From a virus (Duplodnaviria; Caudoviricetes): a stretch of DNA of 50,847 nt. Under the pieces are notes generated by a model. The model saw only the letters and a list, made by a program, of their open reading frames with translations, was not told the DNA's origin and searched no databases. Below are positions 36,608 through 45,846 of this stretch, piece by piece. The stretch is taken from the IMG/VR virus record IMGVR_UViG_3300031669_000042, positions 1 to 50,847 of that record. The stretch is one strand, 5' to 3'. A program made the position numbers and the translations under genes. Position 1 is the first letter of the stretch. Every line of letters starts with the position of its first letter.

Positions 36608-36843
36608 ACCACGACCCCTTCCGGCACAGCCCACTCCTCTGCCGCGTAGACCAGGTAGTGCGAGCCCTGCTTGGTCGGCGGGAGCTCGCACGTATAGTAC
36701 AGCTTGCCGTTGGCCCGCGCCTCCTCCCGGAAGGCGGCGATGCGGCCCGTGCGCTTGTGCTGCAGCGGCACACCGTTGTGCGCCGGGTAGACGATGCCGT
36801 CGATGACCCGGTATAGGATCTCGGTCTTGGTGCTCTCGCTCAC
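36604..36843 (-). CDS. Hypothetical protein
   Basis: GTG start (VSESTKTEILYR) with overlapping stop/start at both ends. Confidence 0.6.
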   Translation of the reverse strand: MSESTKTEILYRVIDGIVYPAHNGVPLQHKRTGRIAAFREEARANGKLYYTCELPPTKQGSHYLVYAAEEWAVPEGVVV

Positions 36844-37166
36844 TTGACCTCCTCTTGCAGCTTCTCTAGCTCTACCACGAGGAACCCGCCCCTTTTGCCC
36901 CGCGCCAGCTTCAATCCGGGCACGTATCCGGCCTCGATGACCTCGATGATCGTTCCGATGCGGTTTTTGTCCTTGGCCCGCGAATGGTCCCAGGTGAACA
37001 GGATCTCGAATCCCCCGGTCCCCCGGCGCAGCGCCTCCATGCAGATGTAGTCCCACAGCGCGCTCGGGCTCGGGCTCTCCTCTGGCTTATGGCGCCGCGC
37101 CGTGTCGTAGGCGCGCAGGATGGCGCCGAGAAAATACTCGCTTGGCTTGTCTCCCTTGAGCATCAC
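36840..37166 (-). CDS. Hypothetical protein
   Basis: MLKGDKPSEY...; GGAGG RBS and GTGA overlap. Confidence 0.6.
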   Translation of the reverse strand: MMLKGDKPSEYFLGAILRAYDTARRHKPEESPSPSALWDYICMEALRRGTGGFEILFTWDHSRAKDKNRIGTIIEVIEAGYVPGLKLARGKRGGFLVVELEKLQEEVK

Positions 37167-37651
37167 TTGGCCTCCTCTAGCTCGAATCCTATCACCCACA
37201 CACGCGGGTCATCTTTCCACGCCGCCCCATACCGGCGCTCATTCAGCTTGTCCCAATAGCCGGCGAACTCTTGCACGCTGCCGAACCCCTCCCTCTGGGC
37301 GCCCTCTTGGTCGATGTCCCACAGGTACTTGGGGTAGGCGTACTTGACGGTCAGGAAGTAGCGGGCAGCGCGCCTGGGCATAAACATGGCCTGGAGCCTG
37401 GCTCGCTGCCACTCCCAGCGGATCGGGTTTGCGCCCTGATAGACGACCGCGCCATCCAGCGCGTAGCGCGCATAGTCGCCCCACCCAGACAGCGCCTCGC
37501 GGACCCATAGCCGGTCCCCCGCCTTGCCGAAGGAGCAAGTTTCCAGCCATTGCGCTTGTATTCGTAGCCGCTGCCGCCTGGTCTCTGTCTTGCGCCCCGC
37601 GAGGATCGCCCGCAGCATCTCGGGTCTGAAAACGATCGGTCTCTCCCTCAT
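37163..37651 (-). CDS. ASCH/PUA-like phage protein
   Basis: MRERPIVF..EMLRAILAGRKTETRR...GDRLWVRE...FMPR...EG...F..YWD...PRVWVIGF. Confidence 0.8.
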   Translation of the reverse strand: MRERPIVFRPEMLRAILAGRKTETRRQRLRIQAQWLETCSFGKAGDRLWVREALSGWGDYARYALDGAVVYQGANPIRWEWQRARLQAMFMPRRAARYFLTVKYAYPKYLWDIDQEGAQREGFGSVQEFAGYWDKLNERRYGAAWKDDPRVWVIGFELEEAK

Positions 37652-37932
37652 GCTCCCCTCCCGCAAATGACCCGCCCCACGTCGACCAGGGTGTAGACCT
37701 CCTGGCCCCTTAGCGTCCAGGTCCACCAGTTGCCATACGGCGTCCGCTCGTAGCGCCCCTCGAATTCAAGCCCGTTGGCGGTGACGTACACCGTGGTGTC
37801 TGCATCCCTGGCCGCCACGTGGTCGGGCCTGGTCTTGAAGCAGCGCCGGAAATCACGCACCGCCTGCCTGCCCAGCTTGGCCCTGGCATCCGCGTAGGCC
37901 ATGATCGCCGCCTTCTTCAGTCCCTCACTCAT
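37648..37932 (-). CDS. Hypothetical protein
   Basis: 94-aa ORF with RBS and ATGA coupling. Confidence 0.6.
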   Translation of the reverse strand: MSEGLKKAAIMAYADARAKLGRQAVRDFRRCFKTRPDHVAARDADTTVYVTANGLEFEGRYERTPYGNWWTWTLRGQEVYTLVDVGRVICGRGA

Positions 37933-38038
37933 CGTCTCCCCCTTCCTGGGTCCTTGTTACCAGCCACACCAGCCCCACGACCGCCCCGATCAAGGCCGCA
38001 GTCGTGAGGACCGAGATCCAGCCGATCAACTCCGGCAC
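37925..38038 (-). CDS. Small single-pass membrane protein (37 aa)
   Basis: Manual translation MPELIGWISVLTTAALIGAVVGLVWLVTRTQEGGDDE; fills the gap, RBS present. Confidence 0.5.
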   Translation of the reverse strand: MPELIGWISVLTTAALIGAVVGLVWLVTRTQEGGDDE

Positions 38039-39030
38039 GTCGCTCCCTTCAGTGCGTCACCGACGTCTGTTTTCAGCGGGTACCCGGCCCACTGCACCAA
38101 CCGTGCCCGGACCCCGGCTTCCAGCAGCCGGTTGGCCAGGCGGATGCCGTTCGGCACGATGTCCTGCTTGTGCTTCGGGTCCGCCAGCCATGCCTCCTTG
38201 CCGCGCTGGCCGCCCCCGTTCCCTGGCCGGTCATTATCGTAGGCCACGATCACCAGCCCCGGCCTGGCCCTGGCCACGAGCTCGGTCCAGGCGGCTTGCC
38301 AGATCGTCACCCCCAGGGTGGCCACGGCGCAGACCCTGGGGTAGCGCGCCTCTAGCAGCAGGGCGTCGATGGGATTCTCTACGATGAAGAGCACCTTGCC
38401 CGCGATGGGCCGCCAGCCGTAGGCGTAGCCCATGCCCTCGTGCGGCTCCCCGGTCAGGCGCTCCCCGTTGTACAGGATCATCCGGCTCCCGCTCGGGCTC
38501 AGCCACTTGCCGCAGGAGCAGCGCCAGACCAACTGGCGCCCGCGGAACCCGACCACCTTCCCCTGGGCGATCAGCGGCACCTGCAGGCGTTGGTGTTCAC
38601 AGCGGCTCATGTGCTTGGGGTAGGCCCCCAGGCCCAGCCGATAGGCGCTGACCGCTTCCTCGGGCACCGGCTTGTACTTGAGCCAGTAGGCCAGGGCCAC
38701 GGTCGAGGAGGCGTAGAGCTCGGCCAGCCGGCTGAACTCATCCAGCCGCCCCGGCACCACCGGCTTGCGCGCCCGCTCGGTCTGCCGCGGATATGCGGGC
38801 ACGACAGGCTCCGGGGCTTCTCTCCCGAGCAGCATCTCGGCCAAGTGGGCCAGGCTGGTCCCCTGGCCGCAAACGAAACAATGGAATCCCCGCTCGCTGA
38901 AGCTGGCGTGGGTCTGGCCCCGCTTGGCCTCCTTGCCGCAGAACGGGCAGTCCACGTGGACTTCCCCCTGGCTGTCGGGATTCGCCGCCAGGCGCGCGCA
39001 CAACCGCGCGAATAAGCTGTTCTCGCTCAT
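38026..39030 (-). CDS. DNA primase-like protein (Zn-binding + TOPRIM)
   Basis: CPFC...H...FHCFVCG; LFIVENPIDAL and AYDND TOPRIM motifs; start re-called at MSENSLF. Confidence 0.85.
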   Translation of the reverse strand: MSENSLFARLCARLAANPDSQGEVHVDCPFCGKEAKRGQTHASFSERGFHCFVCGQGTSLAHLAEMLLGREAPEPVVPAYPRQTERARKPVVPGRLDEFSRLAELYASSTVALAYWLKYKPVPEEAVSAYRLGLGAYPKHMSRCEHQRLQVPLIAQGKVVGFRGRQLVWRCSCGKWLSPSGSRMILYNGERLTGEPHEGMGYAYGWRPIAGKVLFIVENPIDALLLEARYPRVCAVATLGVTIWQAAWTELVARARPGLVIVAYDNDRPGNGGGQRGKEAWLADPKHKQDIVPNGIRLANRLLEAGVRARLVQWAGYPLKTDVGDALKGATCRS

Positions 39031-39188
39031 TGCAGGTGTCCCTCCCTCTGCCACTCGGCCCGGTCGGCACGGCGAATCAGGCGCCGCGCCGCCCGCCGCA
39101 GGACTTTGCGAAATCCGCCGCCTGGTCGGCAGCAAGGGCAGCGCCAGCCGCCCTTGCCGCTGTTTGAGTAAGCGTGAAACAGGTCCAT
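39027..39188 (-). CDS. Small basic protein with CPCC motif (53 aa)
   Basis: MDLFHAYSNSGKGGWRCPCCRP...; GAGGAG RBS; ATGA coupling to primase. Confidence 0.55.
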   Translation of the reverse strand: MDLFHAYSNSGKGGWRCPCCRPGGGFRKVLRRAARRLIRRADRAEWQREGHLQ

Positions 39189-39223
39189 CGTATCCGCTCC
39201 TCTCTGCCGCGTTGGCGGGGCAG

Positions 39224-42001
39224 CTACTCTGCCGCCCCGGCTGCTACGAAATAGGGGCTCGGCTCGCCCACGAACGGAGCCCCCTGGCCGAACCGCTTCT
39301 GCATCCTGGTGATCGCCCGCATCGCCAGGGCGTGGGTGATCACTTCCGCGCAGGCCCCCTTGGTCAGGCCCTCCTGCCAAACCTTGAGGCTCGATGCGAA
39401 CTTGGCCTGGCCTGGGCTCGCGGGCTGCTTGCGCCACCCGCGCGACCGGGCTGCCAGGGCCGCGTTGTGATACTTTTCGATGAGCAGGTCCGCCCGCTCG
39501 CTCACTTCCTCGAAGGTCCCCACCTGGCCCAGCACCGCCTGGTTCCCGTGCCCCAGCGCCTGCCGGTTGGTCCAGACCAGCCAAAGCTCGCACTGGCCGT
39601 CCGCGTCCGGCTTGCTAATCGCCAGGGTCCGCTCGATCCCGTCCCGGGCCTCCCCCAGCCCCAGGGTGAGCCAGCCGCTCCTATTGTCCTGGTGCCAGGC
39701 GAAGGCTGAAAGCTGCAGGTAGTCTAGCTGGCGGCTGATGATCTCCATCGGGTCGCCGCTCATCCACTTGGTCTTGCCGTCGAAGGTGAACCCGCCGAGC
39801 ACGTCCCCTTCCTCTGCCTGCTCGGGGTCCGCGATGTACACTTCCTTGCGGGTGTCGAGCCCCAGGATGTCGCCCATCAGAGTCAGGTTCCGCGCCTCTA
39901 GCGGCACATAGTCGAGCACCAAAGCGTCCTCTTTGCCGGGGCTTAGCCGCAACGCGCGGCCGATGCAGTTTCCCAGGATAGCCACTTTGCCATGACGTCG
40001 AGTCACGAGCGTGCCGAGCTCGTTCTGCACACACCAGACGACCTCCCCAGGCACCGCCGCGACTTCATGCAGGACCGGTCGGCCATCATAGGCCCCGGCC
40101 GTCTGTCCTCCCACATAGCGGTCTGTCTCCCGATACGCGTGAAGGCGAAAGAACGGCTTCCCGGCTGAGCTAGTCGCTTCAACAACATTGCAGCGCCAGC
40201 CACGGCGCACACAGAGACCCTGAAGTCTTTCCACGAACAGTCGATTGCCCTTGTGTATGGTAAGTGTGCGTCGCGTCCAAGGGCGACCCTTGGAGATGTA
40301 TTGCTGATGTTGTTTGCTGCCATCTGCGAAGTTGACCGTCTCCAGGAGCACAGCGAGTTGGCGTTCATCCATCTCTTCCAGCAATGGGGAGAAGCCCTTA
40401 CTCAGATAGGGCTCCAGACGTCCCCAGCCGCTGAGGTGCTTGTCCCGGCCTCGTGGCTGCCCCCTGGATACGGTATAGTTGATCTGCGCCGAACGCCGCC
40501 GAAAGTTCGAGGCACCGCACTGGCGATGAACGCCATACTTGAAGCCACATCGCTTGAGCGTGTCTTCGATCTGCTGGTGGTAGGGCTGATGTTCTGCCTG
40601 ACTGATTGTGATTTGGCCATTCAACGAGTTGATGCAGCCATCTGTCATAACCCAGGCAATGAAACGAATCTCGTGATCCGTAAGCGGCAAGCCCTCGACC
40701 TTCTCGTGCCCCGCTACAGGGATGACATAGTCGCTCTTCCGCTTGGCCATTTCGTCTGCCGTGCTAATCCGCCATTTGGCTCCCGCGTTTTTGTTGCGAT
40801 AGATCATGCGATGGCCACCGGTCACACGGATATCAACACAATCCGAAAACAGACCATACATGCGCTCCCCAGGGGCTAGGGAGCGCTCGATCTTCTGCTG
40901 CATTGCAGCCCAGCAAATCGCGTTTTTCCCGAGATCCAGTCCGGCGACCAGATCATCTTTGGCAATCTGGTCCTTGCCCATCCAGCCACGCTTAGTCAGT
41001 ATCTCGGTTGCATCATCCAGACACTGGGTATACAGGGCGTCGCTCCCGGTGGGCCGCACCATGTGGATGCAGCTTGTCTGCGGTATGTCGAGCCCTTCCG
41101 TGAAGATCCCGACGTTGACCAGCACCTTGGTCTTGCCCGCCCGGAAATCGGTCAGGACGCGCCGCCGCTCCTCCCGCGGCGTGGTGCCGTCCGCGGCCTG
41201 GGCCACGATCCCGCCCTCGCGGAACTTGGCCGCCAGCCGATAGGCCCCGTCGACCGTCGGTGTAAAGGCGATGGCCTGCCGCTCCTGGGCGTACTTGTGG
41301 TGGCTCGCCACCACCAGGTCGAAGCAGTTGTCGCACTCGTACACCGAGCCCAGGCCCTTGGCGCTGTAGTCCCCGTCGTGCTTGCTCACGCCCTTGATGC
41401 TCAGCTTGACGTGAATCGCCAGCCAGCGCGGCGGCACCAGCCACCCCGCCTTGATCATCTCCTTGAGCCCGTACTTGAAGGCCACGCTCTCGTAGACTTC
41501 GGCCATCCCTTTTTTGTCCTCGCGCATGGGCGTGGCCGTGACGCCCAGGTGCCGCACGTCCGGGTTGGCCTCCCGCAGCGCCTGGTAGACCGCCTGGTAG
41601 GTGTCGGCCACGGCGTGAATCGCTTCATCCGTGACCACGTAGTCGATGGCGCCGTGCGCCAGGACCCTGGCCAGGCGATTCCCGCTGTTCAGGGTCTGAA
41701 CCGTGGCCACCACGATGCGCCGGTCGCATTCGTCGTACTCGGCCATCACCGCCCCGGCCTGACCCTTCCACTCGGGCCAGAACTGGTAGAGGCGCTCGAT
41801 GGGCTGGTAGATCAGCTCCTCTCGGTGCGCCAGCACCAGCGCCCGCGCCTTGGGGTTTTTCGTGAGCTCCTCTACGAGCAGCGCCAGAAAGACGTTCGTC
41901 TTGCCCGCGCCCACCGCCGCCACCCCCAGGGTGCTCTGAACGCCGTTCGCCCATTCGGCCCGTACCGCGTCCACCGCCTTCTGCTGGTAGTCCCGTAGCA
42001 T
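39224..42001 (-). CDS. SF2 (DExH, Irc3/RadD-like) helicase, intein-containing
   Basis: LRDYQ, GAGKT, DEAIH, GVTATP, TEGLDIP; motif VI YTQ|CIGRALR split by the intein. Confidence 0.92.
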   Translation of the reverse strand: MLRDYQQKAVDAVRAEWANGVQSTLGVAAVGAGKTNVFLALLVEELTKNPKARALVLAHREELIYQPIERLYQFWPEWKGQAGAVMAEYDECDRRIVVATVQTLNSGNRLARVLAHGAIDYVVTDEAIHAVADTYQAVYQALREANPDVRHLGVTATPMREDKKGMAEVYESVAFKYGLKEMIKAGWLVPPRWLAIHVKLSIKGVSKHDGDYSAKGLGSVYECDNCFDLVVASHHKYAQERQAIAFTPTVDGAYRLAAKFREGGIVAQAADGTTPREERRRVLTDFRAGKTKVLVNVGIFTEGLDIPQTSCIHMVRPTGSDALYTQCLDDATEILTKRGWMGKDQIAKDDLVAGLDLGKNAICWAAMQQKIERSLAPGERMYGLFSDCVDIRVTGGHRMIYRNKNAGAKWRISTADEMAKRKSDYVIPVAGHEKVEGLPLTDHEIRFIAWVMTDGCINSLNGQITISQAEHQPYHQQIEDTLKRCGFKYGVHRQCGASNFRRRSAQINYTVSRGQPRGRDKHLSGWGRLEPYLSKGFSPLLEEMDERQLAVLLETVNFADGSKQHQQYISKGRPWTRRTLTIHKGNRLFVERLQGLCVRRGWRCNVVEATSSAGKPFFRLHAYRETDRYVGGQTAGAYDGRPVLHEVAAVPGEVVWCVQNELGTLVTRRHGKVAILGNCIGRALRLSPGKEDALVLDYVPLEARNLTLMGDILGLDTRKEVYIADPEQAEEGDVLGGFTFDGKTKWMSGDPMEIISRQLDYLQLSAFAWHQDNRSGWLTLGLGEARDGIERTLAISKPDADGQCELWLVWTNRQALGHGNQAVLGQVGTFEEVSERADLLIEKYHNAALAARSRGWRKQPASPGQAKFASSLKVWQEGLTKGACAEVITHALAMRAITRMQKRFGQGAPFVGEPSPYFVAAGAAE
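39968..41023 (-). mobile_element. Intein (352 aa) with LAGLIDADG-like homing endonuclease
   Basis: Starts CLDDATEILTKRGW; block B VTGGHRM; FIAWVMTDG and LETVNFADG motifs; ends VWCV...LVTRRHGKVAILGN before Cys+1; visibly lower GC. Confidence 0.92.
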
Positions 42002-42042
42002 GTCGCCCCCCTTTCACTTCCATCTTGACAGAACGTGAGCAT

Positions 42043-42071
42043 ATAATAGCACAGCACCGTGCCAATGTCAA
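42043..42071 (-). promoter_or_regulatory. Sigma70-type promoter upstream of the helicase
   Basis: TTGACA-N17-TATTAT on the minus strand. Confidence 0.7.
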
Positions 42072-44110
42072 GGGGTTTGGCCGGAATTGGCCAGCACTTC
42101 GACGACCAATCCCGGCCTGCCGCAGCCCCTGCCAGGCTCGGCCTGGATCAGGCGGAACTCGCCGGGGTGCTCCTGGGCCAGCGCCTGCACGTACTTGCGC
42201 GCCGTGTGCCAGTCGATGTCAATCCCCCGCACCATGTCGCCGGTGGTGAAGTGGGGCTCGGGCCAGCTCCTGGCCCAGTCCAGCGCGCCCGACCAGCCAA
42301 AGACCCGCACGCCCTCGGGCGCGCCGTATAGCTCCCGTAGCGACATGAGCTCGGTCGGCGGGAGCTCCCGCACGGGCAGGTTGGTCAGCAGCCAGATATC
42401 CACCTCTCTGTTGACCGGCCTGGCCCGGTGCGCCGCCTGGATGATCTCGGCCTCGCGCAGGCTCCACAGCACGGCGACCAGGTCGGGCTCGCCCCAGAAC
42501 CCGCCCACCGGCCACCGGGCGCCCTTTCCGTCCGGGCCGATGTAGTTGTAGCTCTGCCACTTGGCGCTCCAATGCGCGGTAAATGCCTCTAGCCGCTCCT
42601 GAAACAGCATCACGGCGATGGTCTGGATGTCCGTGGCCCTGGGCTGTGGCGTCCCGGCCACGATCAGCGCGTCGCAGTCCTCCAGGGCGTTGGTCCCCCT
42701 GGCCGCGTAAAAATGGCTATTGGGCATGGCCTCGAAGGTCGGGGTCCCGTCCACCACCTTCTGAAAGCTGATGATGGCAGGCGACTGGTAACCACCCCGC
42801 TCGATAACGCGCCGCACCTGGGCCTCTAGTTGTCCGGCCTTGGGCGTCAGCACGCCCTCCTTGCTCAGCAGCGTCCCCTTGCCGTTGGCCCGGCTCCACA
42901 CCTGGTAGATGCGGCCCCTGAGCTCGGGCTGGGCGTCCACGACCCGGACTTTGCGCTGCAGGCAGGCCCGGTAGATGCGCTCGTCTGCCGTGGCGTCCAG
43001 CCAGGCGATGTAGCGTGGGAGCTTGTCGTCTACCGGGCGCCGCAGGTAAAGCTGCAGGTGCCCCTTGTGTACCACCACCCGGTGCAGATACTGGATCCCC
43101 TGGGCCGCGGCCCCGGCCTCCCGCTCCAGGATGGGCACTAGTTGGTGCAGGTAGGCGTAGGGCACCTCGGCCACGTCCTTGGCGTTCTGGATGTCCGGCG
43201 CCAGGTAGTGCGGGTCCAGGGGTATGTCGGCCTCGGCGCACGCCTGGGCCACGAACGCCGCGCCGCCCAGGTGCCCCAGCAGGCTCTCCCCATCGGTGGT
43301 CACGCCCTGCTCGCACAGGCTCCGCAGCCCGGTGAGGACGACAGCCAGCGGATGGCCCTTGGCGATCCCCGGAACCGTCACCCAGCGGCCTGGGATTCTG
43401 CGCACCCAGCAAAAGGCCCCCAGCGGCGATTCGTCGCCTATGACCACGGAGAACTCTAGCGGGTGGCCCATCGAGACGTGCTGGTGCTGGCCGAAGATGC
43501 AGGGCTCGTGCCGCTTCTTCTGGCCGTGGTAGACGCAGCCGTTACCGACGTGGTCCCAGCCGCAGATGCGCTCGCAGAAGTCTATCCCGCGGTAGCCGCG
43601 CGTCAGCCAGAGATCGATCTGCTCGGCGTACTTGCAGGTCTCGATCTTGGTCTCGCTCTCGGCCTGCCGGGGCAGCCACTCGTACCATAGGTCGGGGTCG
43701 GCGGCGATCTCCATGATGTCGCCGTAGAAATCGTGCCGCGGCCCCGCGTACAGCACCCGCTGGTGCTTGGTCGCCAGGATCTCGCTGGCCCGCACGCCCG
43801 CCGTCGTTTTGCCGGTCCCCGGCAGCGCCTTGATCAGCAGGGCGTAGTCCGGCTCGGGCTCATCCAGATAGGCGTCGAGGGCCGATTCGACGCGCTCCCT
43901 CGCCGCGTCCAGGGTGATGGGCTCGGTGTAGACCGCCGCGGGTGGCTCGCCGCGCAGGAGATCATAGGAGAACTGGTACTCGGGCTCCGGTGGCAGGGAC
44001 TCCGCGGCGCCGGACTGCCAGCGCTGCCGCTCCTGCTCCTCCGCCTCGGCTGCCTTGACGAGCGCGTCCAGGTATTCCTTGGCGCTCTCTGGTGCAATCA
44101 CCGAACTCAC
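42068..44110 (-). CDS. Putative replication protein: degenerate helicase-like P-loop NTPase with Cys cluster and C-terminal HTH
   Basis: ALPGTGKTT Walker A, VVIGDES, LDATA, IIQAAHRARP; C...C..C...C cluster; start re-called from RBS spacing. Confidence 0.7.
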   Translation of the reverse strand: MSSVIAPESAKEYLDALVKAAEAEEQERQRWQSGAAESLPPEPEYQFSYDLLRGEPPAAVYTEPITLDAARERVESALDAYLDEPEPDYALLIKALPGTGKTTAGVRASEILATKHQRVLYAGPRHDFYGDIMEIAADPDLWYEWLPRQAESETKIETCKYAEQIDLWLTRGYRGIDFCERICGWDHVGNGCVYHGQKKRHEPCIFGQHQHVSMGHPLEFSVVIGDESPLGAFCWVRRIPGRWVTVPGIAKGHPLAVVLTGLRSLCEQGVTTDGESLLGHLGGAAFVAQACAEADIPLDPHYLAPDIQNAKDVAEVPYAYLHQLVPILEREAGAAAQGIQYLHRVVVHKGHLQLYLRRPVDDKLPRYIAWLDATADERIYRACLQRKVRVVDAQPELRGRIYQVWSRANGKGTLLSKEGVLTPKAGQLEAQVRRVIERGGYQSPAIISFQKVVDGTPTFEAMPNSHFYAARGTNALEDCDALIVAGTPQPRATDIQTIAVMLFQERLEAFTAHWSAKWQSYNYIGPDGKGARWPVGGFWGEPDLVAVLWSLREAEIIQAAHRARPVNREVDIWLLTNLPVRELPPTELMSLRELYGAPEGVRVFGWSGALDWARSWPEPHFTTGDMVRGIDIDWHTARKYVQALAQEHPGEFRLIQAEPGRGCGRPGLVVEVLANSGQTP

Positions 44111-44169
44111 GCCGAGCACTCCTTAGCCTTGGGTCGCCCCAGCACGACCTCTTGTCGTGTTAGCGAGCG

Positions 44170-44331
44170 GAAAAAAAGACGCTATAGCGCACTGGGCTGC
44201 CGACTCGTGGTCCCGGAAACCTGCCACAGAATCAGGGAGACAAGGGGGGGCTTTCGCCCCGACCTTACGGGTCGGCAGCCCGCTGGGCTATAGCGTCACT
44301 TGGGTCCGGCCCTGCCTGCCCGCTCTGTGGC
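44170..44331 (-). ncRNA. Putative structured small RNA / attenuator leader
   Basis: Promoter upstream; nested inverted repeats 44178-44188/44287-44297 and 44194-44204/44271-44281; internal GAAA-capped stem; ends in U7. Confidence 0.6.
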
Positions 44332-44337
44332 TCCCGT

Positions 44338-44366
44338 AGTGTATCCTATGCCCGACACAAAGTCAA
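44338..44366 (-). promoter_or_regulatory. Sigma70-type promoter
   Basis: TTGACT-N17-TACACT on the minus strand. Confidence 0.7.
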
Positions 44367-44407
44367 GGCCCGCCCCACCCTTGGTCGAGCGAGGCGGGCC
44401 TGGCCGC

Positions 44408-44836
44408 CTAGAACGGCACGTCGTCTGGGTCCGGCTCGGCCTGTTCAGGGGCACAATCGCCGGAAGCACCCACCACCAGCACCGCCAACTTGGCGGGCCG
44501 ATTGACGACATCCCAGGAGATCGTCGCCACGTCGATCCGGAGCCGCGAGGCGTTCCATAGCTGCTTGGCGATCTCGGCCTCGGCGCGCCCGAAGGCGATC
44601 TGGTAGCCCCGGTCATAGTCAAAGGGGAGCGCGGGCTGCCCGCGCTCATTCACCAGGGCCGCGTCGTTCGGGTTGTACTTGGCGAACCCGAGCCCCCGCA
44701 GGGTCTTGTTGGCCCCTGGCACGGGCATCTGCGCCTCGACCACGGTGAAATGGCCGCGCGCGCTCCACTTGGTGTCCTTGCGCTGCTTGCGCACGAAGGA
44801 CTTTGTCTCTGCGAAGCTCTCAAATCTCAACTCCAC
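44408..44836 (-). CDS. Hypothetical protein
   Basis: 142-aa ORF with RBS; acidic DDVPF C-terminal tail. Confidence 0.7.
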   Translation of the reverse strand: MELRFESFAETKSFVRKQRKDTKWSARGHFTVVEAQMPVPGANKTLRGLGFAKYNPNDAALVNERGQPALPFDYDRGYQIAFGRAEAEIAKQLWNASRLRIDVATISWDVVNRPAKLAVLVVGASGDCAPEQAEPDPDDVPF

Positions 44837-44858
44837 GTTTGTCTCTCCCTCTTTTTAC

Positions 44859-45092
44859 TCAGCCCCCGCGGGCTTCCTGCCAGTCGTTCTGCCACTCGCG
44901 GCACTGCAGCCGAATGCGCCACTCCATGCCGCACCTGGGGCAGCAAAATTCCTGCCCGGTCGGTGGCGGGATCAGGTCCCCGCAGACGCAGCGCACGGTC
45001 ACGCCATGGCGGGTGACCACGAGGCCGCCCTCGTCACCGGCCAGGCGCCAGCGCGGCGTCGTCGCCTTGTTCGACTCCACGGACCCTTCCAT
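44859..45092 (-). CDS. Small zinc-ribbon protein
   Basis: CVCG...CPRCG. Confidence 0.65.
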   Translation of the reverse strand: MEGSVESNKATTPRWRLAGDEGGLVVTRHGVTVRCVCGDLIPPPTGQEFCCPRCGMEWRIRLQCREWQNDWQEARGG

Positions 45093-45103
45093 CGTTTCCC
45101 TCC

Positions 45104-45679
45104 CTATAGCGACAGGCCCTGGGCTTGAGCCACCTCACGCGCCAGCACCTTGGTCGCCTGCATCTTGACGTAGTCCGCGACCTCCTGGTAGTCCAGCGTC
45201 ACCCCTTCCACCCGCTCGATGGTGGCGATCCACCGCCACTTCACCTCCTGGTAGATCTCGTAGGCCAGCCGCAGGCAGCGCCCGCCGTCCCACGTCTTGA
45301 CCTCCTCCCCGCGGTAGCCCTCTCGCCGCAGGATGGCCTCGGCCAGGTTGAGCGCCAAGTCCGCGGGTCCGCTGCCGGCGTAGCCGAACTCGTAGCCGCT
45401 CGGGCTGTGCTCCACCACCAGGTGCGGCACGTTGGTCTCCGTGACCCCGTCCGCTCCCCGGCGGATGATGATGCCCGCCTCTAGCGGCGAGCCGATAGTA
45501 CGGTCCGCGATGTCCTCCTCTTGCCCTTGGCCACTGCCGCGCCCCACCTTGTGGCGGCAGATGGGTCCCATCCCTGCCTGCCGCGATGTCGGGTTGCTCA
45601 GCGCCCGCCCGCACCGCTCGCAGTAGTTGGTGGGTCCGCCCAGGCCCGCCTTCGCAAACATCGCCCCTTGCTGGTACAC
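45104..45679 (-). CDS. DUF6011-like Zn finger fused to DUF6166-like domain
   Basis: CERCGRALSNPTSRQAGMGPIC; HSPSGYEFGYAGSGPADLALNL. Confidence 0.7.
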   Translation of the reverse strand: MYQQGAMFAKAGLGGPTNYCERCGRALSNPTSRQAGMGPICRHKVGRGSGQGQEEDIADRTIGSPLEAGIIIRRGADGVTETNVPHLVVEHSPSGYEFGYAGSGPADLALNLAEAILRREGYRGEEVKTWDGGRCLRLAYEIYQEVKWRWIATIERVEGVTLDYQEVADYVKMQATKVLAREVAQAQGLSL

Positions 45680-45701
45680 GTCTCCCTCCTGTGTCTGTCT
45701 T

Positions 45702-45726
45702 GGAGGCGCCGCTCTGCAGCGCCTCC
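45702..45726 (-). other. Hairpin closing pentamer array 2
   Basis: ggaggcgc-N9-gcgcctcc. Confidence 0.7.
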
Positions 45727-45734
45727 CTTACGGT

Positions 45735-45846
45735 GCCTTTGCCCTGCGTGGCGGAGCTACGCCATGCCCTTGCTTTGCTGGGCTAAGCAGTGCATTTCCT
45801 TGCCCTTGCTATGCTGGGCGTCGCCTCGCCATGCCTTTGCCGCGCC
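45735..45846 (-). repeat. Pentamer array 2 (NGC-NN units), putative guide-like ncRNA
   Basis: About 22 units in 5-nt register with 6-nt A-rich units spaced 31, 36 and 31 nt apart. Confidence 0.85.

Noticed and set aside
42025-42047. Plus-strand TTGACA...TATAAT promoter
   Set aside because: Spacer is only 11 nt; the minus-strand 17-nt arrangement fits better
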